This document shows, in pieces, positions 1 through 9,168 of a stretch of 24,125 nucleotides of DNA. Below the pieces are notes generated by a model. That model did no database searches. It saw only the letters and a program-made list of their open reading frames with translations, and was not told the origin of the DNA. A program made the position numbers and the translations under genes. Every line of letters begins with the position of its first letter. The stretch's first letter is position 1. This DNA comes from a virus. Lineage: Duplodnaviria; Caudoviricetes. Location: the IMG/VR virus record IMGVR_UViG_3300020042_008600, positions 1 through 24,125 of that record; one strand, 5' to 3'.

Positions 1-2
1 TC

Positions 3-1043
3 TTGCTTGTGCACAACGCGATGATGGCGATTGATGAGAGCACCACCATCAAGACGCCTGGCTCGGCCCGTAGCAAAAACACCGAGAAGGTGGGCCGTGG
101 CGCGCGGTACAGGCGCATCCTCACGGGCTCCCCCGTTACCAAGAGCCCAATGGACCTGTACCAACAGTGTGCTTTTCTGTCCGATGACTGTTTGAATGTG
201 AGCAGTTACTTCGTGTTTCAGGCCCGCTACGCCGTAACAGTTGAGCGCCAGCTAAACACCCACAGCTTCAAACAGATCGTTGGATACAGGCGCTTGGATG
301 AGCTGAAAGAAAAGCTCGACCGGTTTGCGTATCGCGTGAAAAAAGAAGAATGTTTGGACCTGCCTGACAAGCTCTACGTCAAGCGGGAGGTGGACTTGAC
401 GCCCGAGCAGCTCAAGTACTACAACGAGATGAAGGCCTTTGCCATGGCCCAAATTGACGGTGGCTTGGTGAGCACTGTGAATGCGCTCACGCAACTCATG
501 CGCCTGCACCAGATCGTGTGTGGCCACGTGAAGCTAGACGATGGCACTGTGATTGAACTGCCCAACAAGCGCATGGACGAGCTGCTGTCGGTTGTTGAAG
601 AGACGGACGGCAAGCTCATCATTTGGGCCAACTACAGGCACGACATTGAAGCCATCAAGATGGCGCTTTCAAAAGAATATGGCATGAACAGTGTGGGCAT
701 GTACTACGGCGACACTGACATGGACGAGCGCAAGCGTGTGCTTGAAGAGTTTCAAAACTCAGACAGCGAGATGCGCTTTTTTGTTGGCAATCCAAGCACT
801 GGCGGCTACGGCTTGACGCTCACGGCAGCCAACACAATGGTCTACTACAGCAACAGTTTTGACTTGGAAAAAAGGCTGCAGTCTGAGGACCGTGCACATC
901 GTATTGGCCAGACAAAAAACGTCACTTACATCGACTTGATTGCCGTGGGCACCGTAGACGAAAAGATCGTCAAAGCGCTGCGTGCAAAGATAGACATCGC
1001 AACACAAGTTCTTGGAGAGGAATTTAAAACATGGCTGATTTGA
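3..1043 (+). CDS. SNF2-like (SF2) helicase, C-terminal part, truncated by the window start
   Basis: Motif II AIDESTTIK, motif III LTGSP, RLHQI, motif V GGYGLTLTAA, motif VI QSEDRAHRIGQ. Walker A is absent and presumably lies upstream of the window. Confidence 0.92.
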   Translation: MLVHNAMMAIDESTTIKTPGSARSKNTEKVGRGARYRRILTGSPVTKSPMDLYQQCAFLSDDCLNVSSYFVFQARYAVTVERQLNTHSFKQIVGYRRLDELKEKLDRFAYRVKKEECLDLPDKLYVKREVDLTPEQLKYYNEMKAFAMAQIDGGLVSTVNALTQLMRLHQIVCGHVKLDDGTVIELPNKRMDELLSVVEETDGKLIIWANYRHDIEAIKMALSKEYGMNSVGMYYGDTDMDERKRVLEEFQNSDSEMRFFVGNPSTGGYGLTLTAANTMVYYSNSFDLEKRLQSEDRAHRIGQTKNVTYIDLIAVGTVDEKIVKALRAKIDIATQVLGEEFKTWLI

Positions 1044-1726
1044 TCCCTTGGTCACGCGACTACGTGTACGAAAAACTTGAGCGAATCGACGCGTCTTCTG
1101 GACGTCTTTATGTCTTGCCAAATGGTGTACAGGTGCCCTCTGTGACTACTGTGCTCGACCGCACAAAGGACAAGACCGCGCTCAAGGAATGGGCCAACCG
1201 TATTGGCCAAGCGGAGGCTGACAGGCAACGAGATCAGGCGGCCTACATTGGCACGTGGATGCACGCCACATTGGAGTCTGTTTTGTCAGGTGACCCGTTG
1301 ACCGTGGGCCGTGATTGGCAGGCCATGAAGGGCCACCAGATGGCGTTTACCTTGGCCAACAAATACTTCGGTGCAATATCGGCCATTCACGGCTCTGAGG
1401 TGGGTCTGTACTACCAAGACCGCTACGCCGGCACCACTGACTTGGTGGCCACCTATCGTGGCAAGTTGGCCATTGTCGACTTTAAACAGTCTGTCAAGCC
1501 CAAGCGCTACGAGTACATCACCGATTATTTTCACCAGCTTGCTGCGTACGCTACCGCACATGACTGGAAGCACGGCACGTCAATTGGCTATGCCGCTGTG
1601 CTGGTTGCAGTGCAAGACGGGACGACGCAGGAGTTCACGATTGCGGGCCGAGACTGGGACTTTTTCAAGTCCGAGTGGCTCGATCGACTTACTGCTTCGG
1701 AGGCTGCGCGCTCACCATTGGACTGA
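1031..1726 (+). CDS. PD-(D/E)XK exonuclease (phage MGME1/Cas4-like, no Fe-S cysteines)
   Basis: PSVTTVL, GTWMHATLE, SEVGLY, YAGTTDLV, IVDFKQS and QLAAYA motifs. GAGG SD upstream; overlaps the helicase stop. Confidence 0.88.
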   Translation: MADLIPWSRDYVYEKLERIDASSGRLYVLPNGVQVPSVTTVLDRTKDKTALKEWANRIGQAEADRQRDQAAYIGTWMHATLESVLSGDPLTVGRDWQAMKGHQMAFTLANKYFGAISAIHGSEVGLYYQDRYAGTTDLVATYRGKLAIVDFKQSVKPKRYEYITDYFHQLAAYATAHDWKHGTSIGYAAVLVAVQDGTTQEFTIAGRDWDFFKSEWLDRLTASEAARSPLD

Positions 1727-4700
1727 CCGAGTCAAACGGGAAGAGTGACTGGAACATCGAGCGTGCGTTGGCGTTGGTCGGAGCATTACTGTTGCTACTT
1801 TGGCCAGCAGGCTTTGGTGCGGTGTCCATGAGCCCTTGCACGCCACGCGTGTTCGGTGCTTTTGGCAACTGACGCAACTGACGAGCAGCCTCTCCTTGCG
1901 GCGTGAAAGGAGACGTCTTCGCGGGTTTTTCATCCTGCGCTGACAGATAGTTTAGGGACGGGGTAACAGCGTTTTTTCCAACGGAGACACCCAAGGAGCC
2001 TAAGTAATTGATGACCTTGTTGGCAATGTTCAGCTGCTCTTTTTCAGTGCGCCCTTTTTGCAACAGCAGTGCCATGGCTTGGGGGTCCTTGACCGCGTTT
2101 TCTAAGATGGCTCGCACGGTGGCGTTGGGCAGGGCGTCAAAGATTTGGCGCACAGCTTTAGAGCCTGCTTGGGCAGCAATAATCGGAGCGCCGCCTCCGG
2201 CCCCTGCAGAGGCGCTTGTACCAATCTTTGCACCTACCACGCGCAGAGCCAAGTCAGTCACAGCATCCGCACCTTCAATCACATCCTCGTAGGGAATGTT
2301 GTTCTTCAAGGCGGTTTCAATGCGCGCCATTGGCGTGATGAGTTTTTTAAGGTTTGACATTTCTGTCAATGTCATCAAGCCGTTGACGCGCATGATGTTT
2401 ACAAGCGACGGCTGATTACGTCCAAGCGGCTCAAATAAAGCTGTTGCATATGCATCAGGGCTGAACTTACCCGTCGCACTCATGCCTCCGGCTTTTGCAT
2501 AGGCGTAGTCGTATAGCGAAGACTTGAGGCCCTCTATCGCATCAGGGCCCCCTTTCTTAGCCAGAGTTACAAGCCCGTTAATGCTCTTCATTGGAAACCG
2601 ACCGCCCAAACCTTCAGCGATTATTTTGGTAGGGCTTTCAGCGCTTAACAGGCTGGCGAAAGTTGACTGGTTATTGGCCGCCTTAGACAACACGCTGTTT
2701 TCTTTGGCTACTTGGGTCAGCAAGTTGGACGCGTGGGCCGCGTCCCGCAGGTCGCCCATGATGCCCATTTTTTCAAGCAGCGGAGCGTTATCTTTAGCAA
2801 ACGTGGTCAGCTTGTTAAAGTTAACCTTTTGGACATAGATGCCCTTGGCCTGATCAAAGACTGTTTCAAGTGAGTTTGCAGCGGCAAGGCGCAAAACCCT
2901 GTTATGTGCATCACGAACAGAGGCAACATTTCCTGTTGCAGCAACCGCCAAAGGCTTCAATTGCACGGCCTGTGGGCTGTCAACGCCAAACTTCTTAACC
3001 ACTTCGCGGTACTGCGTGCGCATGAAGCCCACAGCGTCTTCAATCTCTTGCATGCGCAAGGCGGTCTGATCGGCATTGCCGCCAAACGCAGTACGCACCA
3101 AGGTCTCTGGAGGCACCCGATCCTTACCGGTCTTAGCCACTGCGGTCACTGTGTTGGCATAGGTGCGAGTGAACACGTCGTTCAGTGACCGAGAGAATTG
3201 GCGAGCTTGGTCATACATCGGGTCTTGGAGCGTGTCTAAGTCGCGCATCATGCCGTCGGCCATGTTGCTGTAGAAGCTGGCCTTGCTGCTGTCGCCTGCG
3301 CCCGCCGCATCGCGGGCCATCTTAAGCAAGGTGGAGCGGTAGTTCACCAAGTCTTGAACAGGTTGCTCTTTAATCGACGGCATGCCTGGCGTTAGTTCGT
3401 TATTCCTCATAACACTAACAGGCATTTCTCCGGTTTCCAAATACACGTTGGTTAGTTTTCCTTCTCGAAACAGCTTTACTGACTTCTCGCTTATGCCAAA
3501 CGAATCCATGATCCTGAGGACTTGTGGAGGAATGTCCTTGAACAGCGCGGGGCCCATCTCGGAGGCCCGTGCAAGAAACGAATCAACAGTGTTAGAAGGC
3601 GTAAGGGACGGCGCAGAAATGGCGGTGAATGGAATCTGCTTAGTAAGCTCTTTGCCGTTGAACTGGTTAATACCCACCACAACGGGCTCATAACCAGTTT
3701 TTTTAACAGGCTTGGTCATGCCCTCTATCGTGGCCGTCCAAAGCTGGGACTCCACGTCGCGTGCTTCACGCAGGGCCAGCTCGGTCTCGTTCTTAACCAA
3801 CTGGCCGATCTGCTGACGAGCTTCGGGGGTGTCTTTGGTAATCTTGGCGATTTTGCGAGCGGCGTTGGCGTCGGCCAACGACAAACGCGTTTCAATCATG
3901 TTGTCAAAGCGCTTTTTCTGCAACTCTGCTACAACCACCAACGCCTGAGGGTCGCCAATTTTTTGCAGCTGTTCAATAAGAGCTTGGTAGGCCAAGGCCG
4001 CTGTTTGGCCTTGCTTGGTGGTCTCGCCCCCAAATTCAGCACGATGATTACCAAGCGACGCTTCCAAATCCATCAAGGCTTGGCTGCCGGTTTTCTGTCC
4101 AGAGGTCGGCGTGGGCACCGAGCTGGGCAGCTGGGCGCGCAACGCTTTGAGCAATGCCTCTGGGTCCTCGCCGCTTTTGTTCAAAGCGTCAAGCAGCAAA
4201 TTGGCGGCTTTCTTTTCCAACGATGCACTGCGGTTGCCCGTGGCGCTTTTAACCGAAGAAAGCCCTGTTTTGGCAATGTCCACGGCGCTTAACAGCAACT
4301 TGGTGGGGTTCACTAAACCTACGCCAAGCTCTGCTGTAAAACGCACACCCTCCTGCCCTGGACGGTATGCCTCTGCAGTTCCCCCTGCCACACCCATGCC
4401 GGCGGCTGTCACGCCCTCGGTAGCCATAAAAACGCCTGGGCTGCGGCGCGCTGTCTCGCCCATGCCTGAAATAAACTTAGCTACACGGCCAGCGGTTGGG
4501 CCGGCGACAGGCAAGTAGAACGCAGCGGGGGCAGTCGCAATGGATGAGCCAAAGGTCTTGCCGCCTTCGCGGTAAGGCACGAGTCGTGGGTCGGTCTCCT
4601 CGGGGATAAGACCCTCGGTCGCCTGTCCAGCTTGATAACCAAAATAGCCGCCAAGTGCGGTGGTGACCAAAGGAATGCCTGCGGCAAAGCCCCCGATAAA

Positions 4701-4970
4701 GGGTGCTGACTTTGCGGCCAAGGGCATGCCTATTCTGAAGCCCGATAAAGCCCCGGCTACTGTCGGCGAATCACGAAGCGCGCCGGCAACAGTGCCTTTG
4801 GCAATAGTGCCCGCAATGTCGCCGCCAGTGATCTCGGGCGGCCCACCTGTTGGAAACATCGTGTCCAAAGAAGGTCCCGAAGCCGCTCGCCCTACCGGAG
4901 CGGGTGCAGGCGCGGCCTCGGGCGCTGTTCCGCTGGGAAACAACTCATCAATGCTTGGTGGTTTTGCCAT
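1689..4970 (-). CDS. Large putative internal virion/ejection protein (about 1093 aa)
   Basis: Long helical Ala/Gly-rich ORF with Gly-rich hydrophobic segments near the N-terminus; last gene of the structural operon. Start moved from 4994 to the ATG at 4970 (MAKPP), which follows GAGG and the upstream stop at 4975. Confidence 0.7.
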   Translation of the reverse strand: MAKPPSIDELFPSGTAPEAAPAPAPVGRAASGPSLDTMFPTGGPPEITGGDIAGTIAKGTVAGALRDSPTVAGALSGFRIGMPLAAKSAPFIGGFAAGIPLVTTALGGYFGYQAGQATEGLIPEETDPRLVPYREGGKTFGSSIATAPAAFYLPVAGPTAGRVAKFISGMGETARRSPGVFMATEGVTAAGMGVAGGTAEAYRPGQEGVRFTAELGVGLVNPTKLLLSAVDIAKTGLSSVKSATGNRSASLEKKAANLLLDALNKSGEDPEALLKALRAQLPSSVPTPTSGQKTGSQALMDLEASLGNHRAEFGGETTKQGQTAALAYQALIEQLQKIGDPQALVVVAELQKKRFDNMIETRLSLADANAARKIAKITKDTPEARQQIGQLVKNETELALREARDVESQLWTATIEGMTKPVKKTGYEPVVVGINQFNGKELTKQIPFTAISAPSLTPSNTVDSFLARASEMGPALFKDIPPQVLRIMDSFGISEKSVKLFREGKLTNVYLETGEMPVSVMRNNELTPGMPSIKEQPVQDLVNYRSTLLKMARDAAGAGDSSKASFYSNMADGMMRDLDTLQDPMYDQARQFSRSLNDVFTRTYANTVTAVAKTGKDRVPPETLVRTAFGGNADQTALRMQEIEDAVGFMRTQYREVVKKFGVDSPQAVQLKPLAVAATGNVASVRDAHNRVLRLAAANSLETVFDQAKGIYVQKVNFNKLTTFAKDNAPLLEKMGIMGDLRDAAHASNLLTQVAKENSVLSKAANNQSTFASLLSAESPTKIIAEGLGGRFPMKSINGLVTLAKKGGPDAIEGLKSSLYDYAYAKAGGMSATGKFSPDAYATALFEPLGRNQPSLVNIMRVNGLMTLTEMSNLKKLITPMARIETALKNNIPYEDVIEGADAVTDLALRVVGAKIGTSASAGAGGGAPIIAAQAGSKAVRQIFDALPNATVRAILENAVKDPQAMALLLQKGRTEKEQLNIANKVINYLGSLGVSVGKNAVTPSLNYLSAQDEKPAKTSPFTPQGEAARQLRQLPKAPNTRGVQGLMDTAPKPAGQSSNSNAPTNANARSMFQSLFPFDSVSPMVSAQPPKQ

Positions 4971-4974
4971 CTGG

Positions 4975-7056
4975 TTACCTCGTGGGTCCATCAAACTTGG
5001 GACGCAACTCTTTAAACCCAGTCTGCGGGTTCATCACAATGTATTCACCGGGAGGAAGTGTCTTCCACACGCTTGGGTTAGTAATTGTGCGCTGTTGGAT
5101 GCCCAGCAGTTCCCGCACAGCGGTAATCTCTTCGAGCTTTTTTGTGGCAGCTTGACGTGCAGCAATGCCCGTCTTTTTCATGTCTCGAATGCTTGCCGTC
5201 TTACCCTCAATGCCCTCAAGCACGTTGTCTAGCGCAATAATTTGGTTGATGTAGCCGTTCTTGTTGGCAAACATCCGTGGGGCCAGTTTTAGCTCGCCCA
5301 AAATTTGCTGACGCTCGCCTTCGGCAAACCGAGGGTTTTCCTGCAAGGTGTTAACGACGCGGTTGGTCATGCTGTCCAGCATTGCAGTGCTTTGTTGGAA
5401 CTCTGGCCCGATCTTGCCTGCCGCGTCCAGTGGTACGTTACGCGCAACACCCGCCACCAACACAGGCACAAAACCGGTGCCAGTGGCTGCCAAGTCAAAG
5501 AAGCTGGACTTAGTGCCGGTGCGGGCAGCTTGAAAGACCTCGGGTGGAACGGCATCCTCTGTCAGTCCCACATAAGCAGGGGCAGGCGCTGATCGTGTTG
5601 TTCTTGCGCCGCCGACCACAGTCGACGGAACTGGTGCACTACCAGGACGGCGGCTGTTCAAAGCCCTCACCACAAAATCAGGCAGTTCATTGCGCTGTAT
5701 GCGTATGGACTTGAGACCTGTTTCGGGGTCAGTAGACTCAGTCTCAGTTTTTTGCGTGTAGTCCGTTATCGCCGTCATAAACGTATTTTCCTGCTCTGGC
5801 AGCATCGAACCTGCCTGATACAACGGGGCAAATTGAATAAGGGTGTTCAGGATGTCGCCCTTGGTGCCTTTACCCAAGGGGCCTGCTGTTTTTTCTCCGG
5901 CTTTCTTAGCATCAACCTTTGCTTGGGCACGAAGCACTTCATTGATCAAGCTGCCCTTGCGCTTTTGCAGCTCAGTGTTCTGCGCAGTGACCTGGTCAAT
6001 GTCCTTCTCGCCTTGTTGCAGTGCCAAGAGCTTGAGCTGGCGATCAATCTTGCCAATTTCATCAATGCGCTTGCCCATAGCAGCGGGCAGTGTGCGCGTG
6101 GCCCCGGCCAGGCGTGACAAGAAATTGCCGCGCAGGGGTCGCCCTGAGTCGTCCACGTTGCCAGCAAATCCAAAGGCCCGTTGTCCGAGGTCAAACAACA
6201 TCTGCGCCTCAGACGCGCCTCGGTCTGCGCCTAAAAGGCTCGTGTATTCAGGTAGGCGTGCTTGCATGGCCCCTGACAAAGTGGGCGCTACAACCGGCTT
6301 TTGGTTAAACAGCCCCATAGAGGCTCTCTTTGCCGCAGCCACCATGTCCGGCGGGTACAGTGATAATTCTTCAGAAGGACCTTGTCCAACAGGGGTCACG
6401 CCTTCTTCGTCAGACCCTGTTTGAAAATTTTGGACGTACCCGCCGCGCGCCATGCCAATGGGCGGAGGCATGCCCATGTTAGGAGGCATGCCCATGTTAG
6501 GAGGCATGCCCATGTTAGGAGGCATGCCCATATCAGGAGGCATTGGGGGCATGCCCGAAGCGCCGCCCATGCCGCCGGCCATTAGCTCGGCAATGCCACC
6601 TTGTTCAGGTGGAGGCGGGGCCATGCCCATGTCAGGAGGCATGCCCATGTCAGGAGGCATTGGAGCACCGCCCATGTTAGGGGGCATGCCCCCCATCATC
6701 GGTGGCTGTGGCCCTTGAGCCATGTCTTGTGATTGGGGAAGCGCGCCAATACCGCCACCGCCCTGCTGTGCAAGGATAGGCTGCAGCATTGCAAGCACTT
6801 GCTCAGGGGTTTCAGTAGCGGCTTGATAGCCAACGAGGTCAGCCAACTCATCGCGACGAGCATCGACAGAGCGCATGTCGCCCCGCAAGTTGTTCATCAG
6901 GATTTCAGGAGAGTCAGGACGACGCTCCATCATTGTCCGAGGACCCTCTTCTTCGTCATCGCCCTCGTCGCCTTCATCTTCCATGAAGTCCATGAACCCT
7001 TGCATGATCCCCATGTTTTCGATGTCGTCGTCTTCTCGCATCATCTTTTTGTTCAT
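4975..7056 (-). CDS. Putative internal virion/ejection protein (693 aa) with acidic and Met/Pro/Gly-rich N-terminal region
   Basis: GAGG SD. Acidic N-terminus (EDEGDEGDDEEE), PPNMGM repeats, MARGG motif, then a helical/coiled-coil region. Function inferred from operon position. Confidence 0.65.
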   Translation of the reverse strand: MNKKMMREDDDIENMGIMQGFMDFMEDEGDEGDDEEEGPRTMMERRPDSPEILMNNLRGDMRSVDARRDELADLVGYQAATETPEQVLAMLQPILAQQGGGGIGALPQSQDMAQGPQPPMMGGMPPNMGGAPMPPDMGMPPDMGMAPPPPEQGGIAELMAGGMGGASGMPPMPPDMGMPPNMGMPPNMGMPPNMGMPPPIGMARGGYVQNFQTGSDEEGVTPVGQGPSEELSLYPPDMVAAAKRASMGLFNQKPVVAPTLSGAMQARLPEYTSLLGADRGASEAQMLFDLGQRAFGFAGNVDDSGRPLRGNFLSRLAGATRTLPAAMGKRIDEIGKIDRQLKLLALQQGEKDIDQVTAQNTELQKRKGSLINEVLRAQAKVDAKKAGEKTAGPLGKGTKGDILNTLIQFAPLYQAGSMLPEQENTFMTAITDYTQKTETESTDPETGLKSIRIQRNELPDFVVRALNSRRPGSAPVPSTVVGGARTTRSAPAPAYVGLTEDAVPPEVFQAARTGTKSSFFDLAATGTGFVPVLVAGVARNVPLDAAGKIGPEFQQSTAMLDSMTNRVVNTLQENPRFAEGERQQILGELKLAPRMFANKNGYINQIIALDNVLEGIEGKTASIRDMKKTGIAARQAATKKLEEITAVRELLGIQQRTITNPSVWKTLPPGEYIVMNPQTGFKELRPKFDGPTR
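6464..6660. repeat. 18-bp tandem repeats encoding PP(N/D)MGM
   Basis: ggaggcatgcccatgtta at 6464, 6482 and 6500, a variant at 6518, and further gtca variants around 6622-6660. Confidence 0.9.
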
Positions 7057-7065
7057 ATTGACCTC

Positions 7066-9168
7066 TTAAAAAAGACCAGCTTTTTTCGCGCCAGCGAAAG
7101 TTGAGAGTCCTCCCAAACCAACGCCAACAGCTTGTTGGAACGGGCTTGCCGATGGCTGGCTTGCCACTGCCGTAGACATCTGCGTAGACGGTGCGCCTTT
7201 GTAAATGTCGGACAAGAAACCAGCCTGTTGGTAAGGAGCGTAGATTTTTTGCAGCTCGGTGGCACGCTGCGCGTCCAATGTCTGCTGGTTAAACGCCTGC
7301 TGCGCTTGACCGGTGTTGTACAAGAAGTTGATGTCGCCTTGCTGCAATGCCTGAGCCGTTTGGCCCAATGCGCCTTGTTGCACGCCAAGCTGACCCAACT
7401 GGCCACCCAATTGACCCAGGCCTTGAGCAGTCTGTTGGCCAATGCCAAACTGTTGACCCGCCAATGCGCCAATCCCTTGGCCAAGCCCCTGGTACTGCTG
7501 TGCTTGCTGGCCGTAGATACCGGCAGCGGTTTGGGCAGCTTGATTGCGCGCTTGCCCCTGTTGCAGCATCAAGTTGGAAATGTTTTGATTAATTGAGGCC
7601 TCTTGGCCGGCCAGAGCGCCGCCCTGAGAAGCCAAGTTGCCGTATTGCTGTGCGGCCTGTAAGTACTGGCCGGCTGCGCCTTGGCCAAGCTGCGCCTGCT
7701 GCACGCCGAGTTGACCGAGGCCCTGCCCTGCTGCGGCTTGCTGCTGTGCCAAGTTGCCATAAAGACCTGCTGCGGCTTGGCCAAGCTGCGCCTGCTGTGT
7801 AGCTTGTTGACCAACTTGAGTGCCTGCTTGTACGCCCAAGCCAGCTTGCTGTGCGGCCAACTGTGCTGCCTGCTGACCCAATTGGCCCTGCTGGCCCGCT
7901 GTTTGAGTTTGCAACTGCGCGGCCTGTGCAAGTTGCTGTGCAGCACTCTGTCCAAGTCCTGCCTGTTGGGCAGCAACAGAAGCCTGCTGACCCCCAAGTT
8001 GGCCAATCCCTTGGCCCGCTTGCATCTGACGGCCCTGCTGTTGCTCAAATGCCTGCATAGCTTGCGCCTGCGCCTGGCTGTAGCCCTGCGACAAGAGGTT
8101 GGCAATCGTAGCGCCTTTCTGGTCCATCAGATTGCGCTCCATCTCCGCACGTTGGATGCCCTCTCGCTCAGTTCCAAACGCCCCAGCTCTCACTGCCTGA
8201 GCTGCCAAACCTTGCCGGGAAAGTGCGCCTTGGCGATCTATCTGCTTCATTGTTTCGTCAATAACTTGCTGACGATAAGGGTCCATGAAGCTCTGAGCAG
8301 AGGCGGGGTTGTAGCCCTGAATGGCCCCGCCAAGCTGACCAATGCCTTGTTGGATTGTGCTCTGCGCCTGCTCAAAACCAGGTTGTGCAGCTGCAAGACG
8401 TGCCTGCTGCGCAGCTTCGTAAGCATTAGTTACGCCTTGGCCAAAGCCTCCTTGCTCCGCCGCTTTTGCAGCCATGACAGCAGCGTCCTGCCCTTGGCCA
8501 AGTCCTTGGCTAATCAAATTTTGAGAGCCGCTAAAGTCAGCGCCGCCAGAGCCAAGAGCTAGTTGTTGCGCTTGAGTCAGTCCGCCAATCCCTTGGGAAA
8601 TTGCAGTCGTTGCAGGTGTAAGGTCTGCCTGACTTGACAAGGCTGCCATGTTTTGACCCGTGGCCAGTGCTCCGAGGCCCGTGTTCAGGTCTGCCCGCGC
8701 ATTGCCAAACTGGCCAGTGGTGTCGGAATCTGCTGCACGCTGCGCGGCCAAGTCCAAGTAGCCCAGGCCTTGGTTGATTTGACCAATGCCAGAGGTGACG
8801 TTGGCTGCTGCCCCACCTGCTTGGCCCATGGCGGTTTGAGCGTCAGTGAACTGCGCACGGGTATCAGCCCCGCGCAGGATGTCAGCGGCTTCACCCGTGG
8901 TGGTGTATGCCGACCCCAGTGCTGTGTTGGCGTTAGTCATGTAGGGGTTAAACGCCCCTATCCCTTGGTCTCTAGCGGCCTTCATTGCCGCTAGTTGTTC
9001 AGCGGAGAAGCCTGCTACTTGATAGCTAGGAAGCTGTTGTGCAAGCGTCTGAGCCCCAGGTGCTTGGTTGAAGGCCAGTGCCTGGGCTTCTTGCAGTAGC
9101 TTGAGCTTATACGCTTCAATCTCCGGGGCTTCCCGGACTATTTGTTGTTCTGTTCTAATTTCTGACAT
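7066..9168 (-). CDS. Gln/Ala/Gly-rich putative DNA pilot/ejection protein (700 aa)
   Basis: VAGFSAEQ, FMDPYRQQVID and AGAFG segments, long QQAxLG helical repeats, hydrophobic Gly-rich C-terminus. ATG directly follows the upstream TAA. Confidence 0.72.
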   Translation of the reverse strand: MSEIRTEQQIVREAPEIEAYKLKLLQEAQALAFNQAPGAQTLAQQLPSYQVAGFSAEQLAAMKAARDQGIGAFNPYMTNANTALGSAYTTTGEAADILRGADTRAQFTDAQTAMGQAGGAAANVTSGIGQINQGLGYLDLAAQRAADSDTTGQFGNARADLNTGLGALATGQNMAALSSQADLTPATTAISQGIGGLTQAQQLALGSGGADFSGSQNLISQGLGQGQDAAVMAAKAAEQGGFGQGVTNAYEAAQQARLAAAQPGFEQAQSTIQQGIGQLGGAIQGYNPASAQSFMDPYRQQVIDETMKQIDRQGALSRQGLAAQAVRAGAFGTEREGIQRAEMERNLMDQKGATIANLLSQGYSQAQAQAMQAFEQQQGRQMQAGQGIGQLGGQQASVAAQQAGLGQSAAQQLAQAAQLQTQTAGQQGQLGQQAAQLAAQQAGLGVQAGTQVGQQATQQAQLGQAAAGLYGNLAQQQAAAGQGLGQLGVQQAQLGQGAAGQYLQAAQQYGNLASQGGALAGQEASINQNISNLMLQQGQARNQAAQTAAGIYGQQAQQYQGLGQGIGALAGQQFGIGQQTAQGLGQLGGQLGQLGVQQGALGQTAQALQQGDINFLYNTGQAQQAFNQQTLDAQRATELQKIYAPYQQAGFLSDIYKGAPSTQMSTAVASQPSASPFQQAVGVGLGGLSTFAGAKKAGLF

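Noticed and set aside
1031-1726. Cas4 as evidence of a CRISPR-Cas system
   Set aside because: No Fe-S cysteines, no other cas genes and no array; it fits a stand-alone phage exonuclease.
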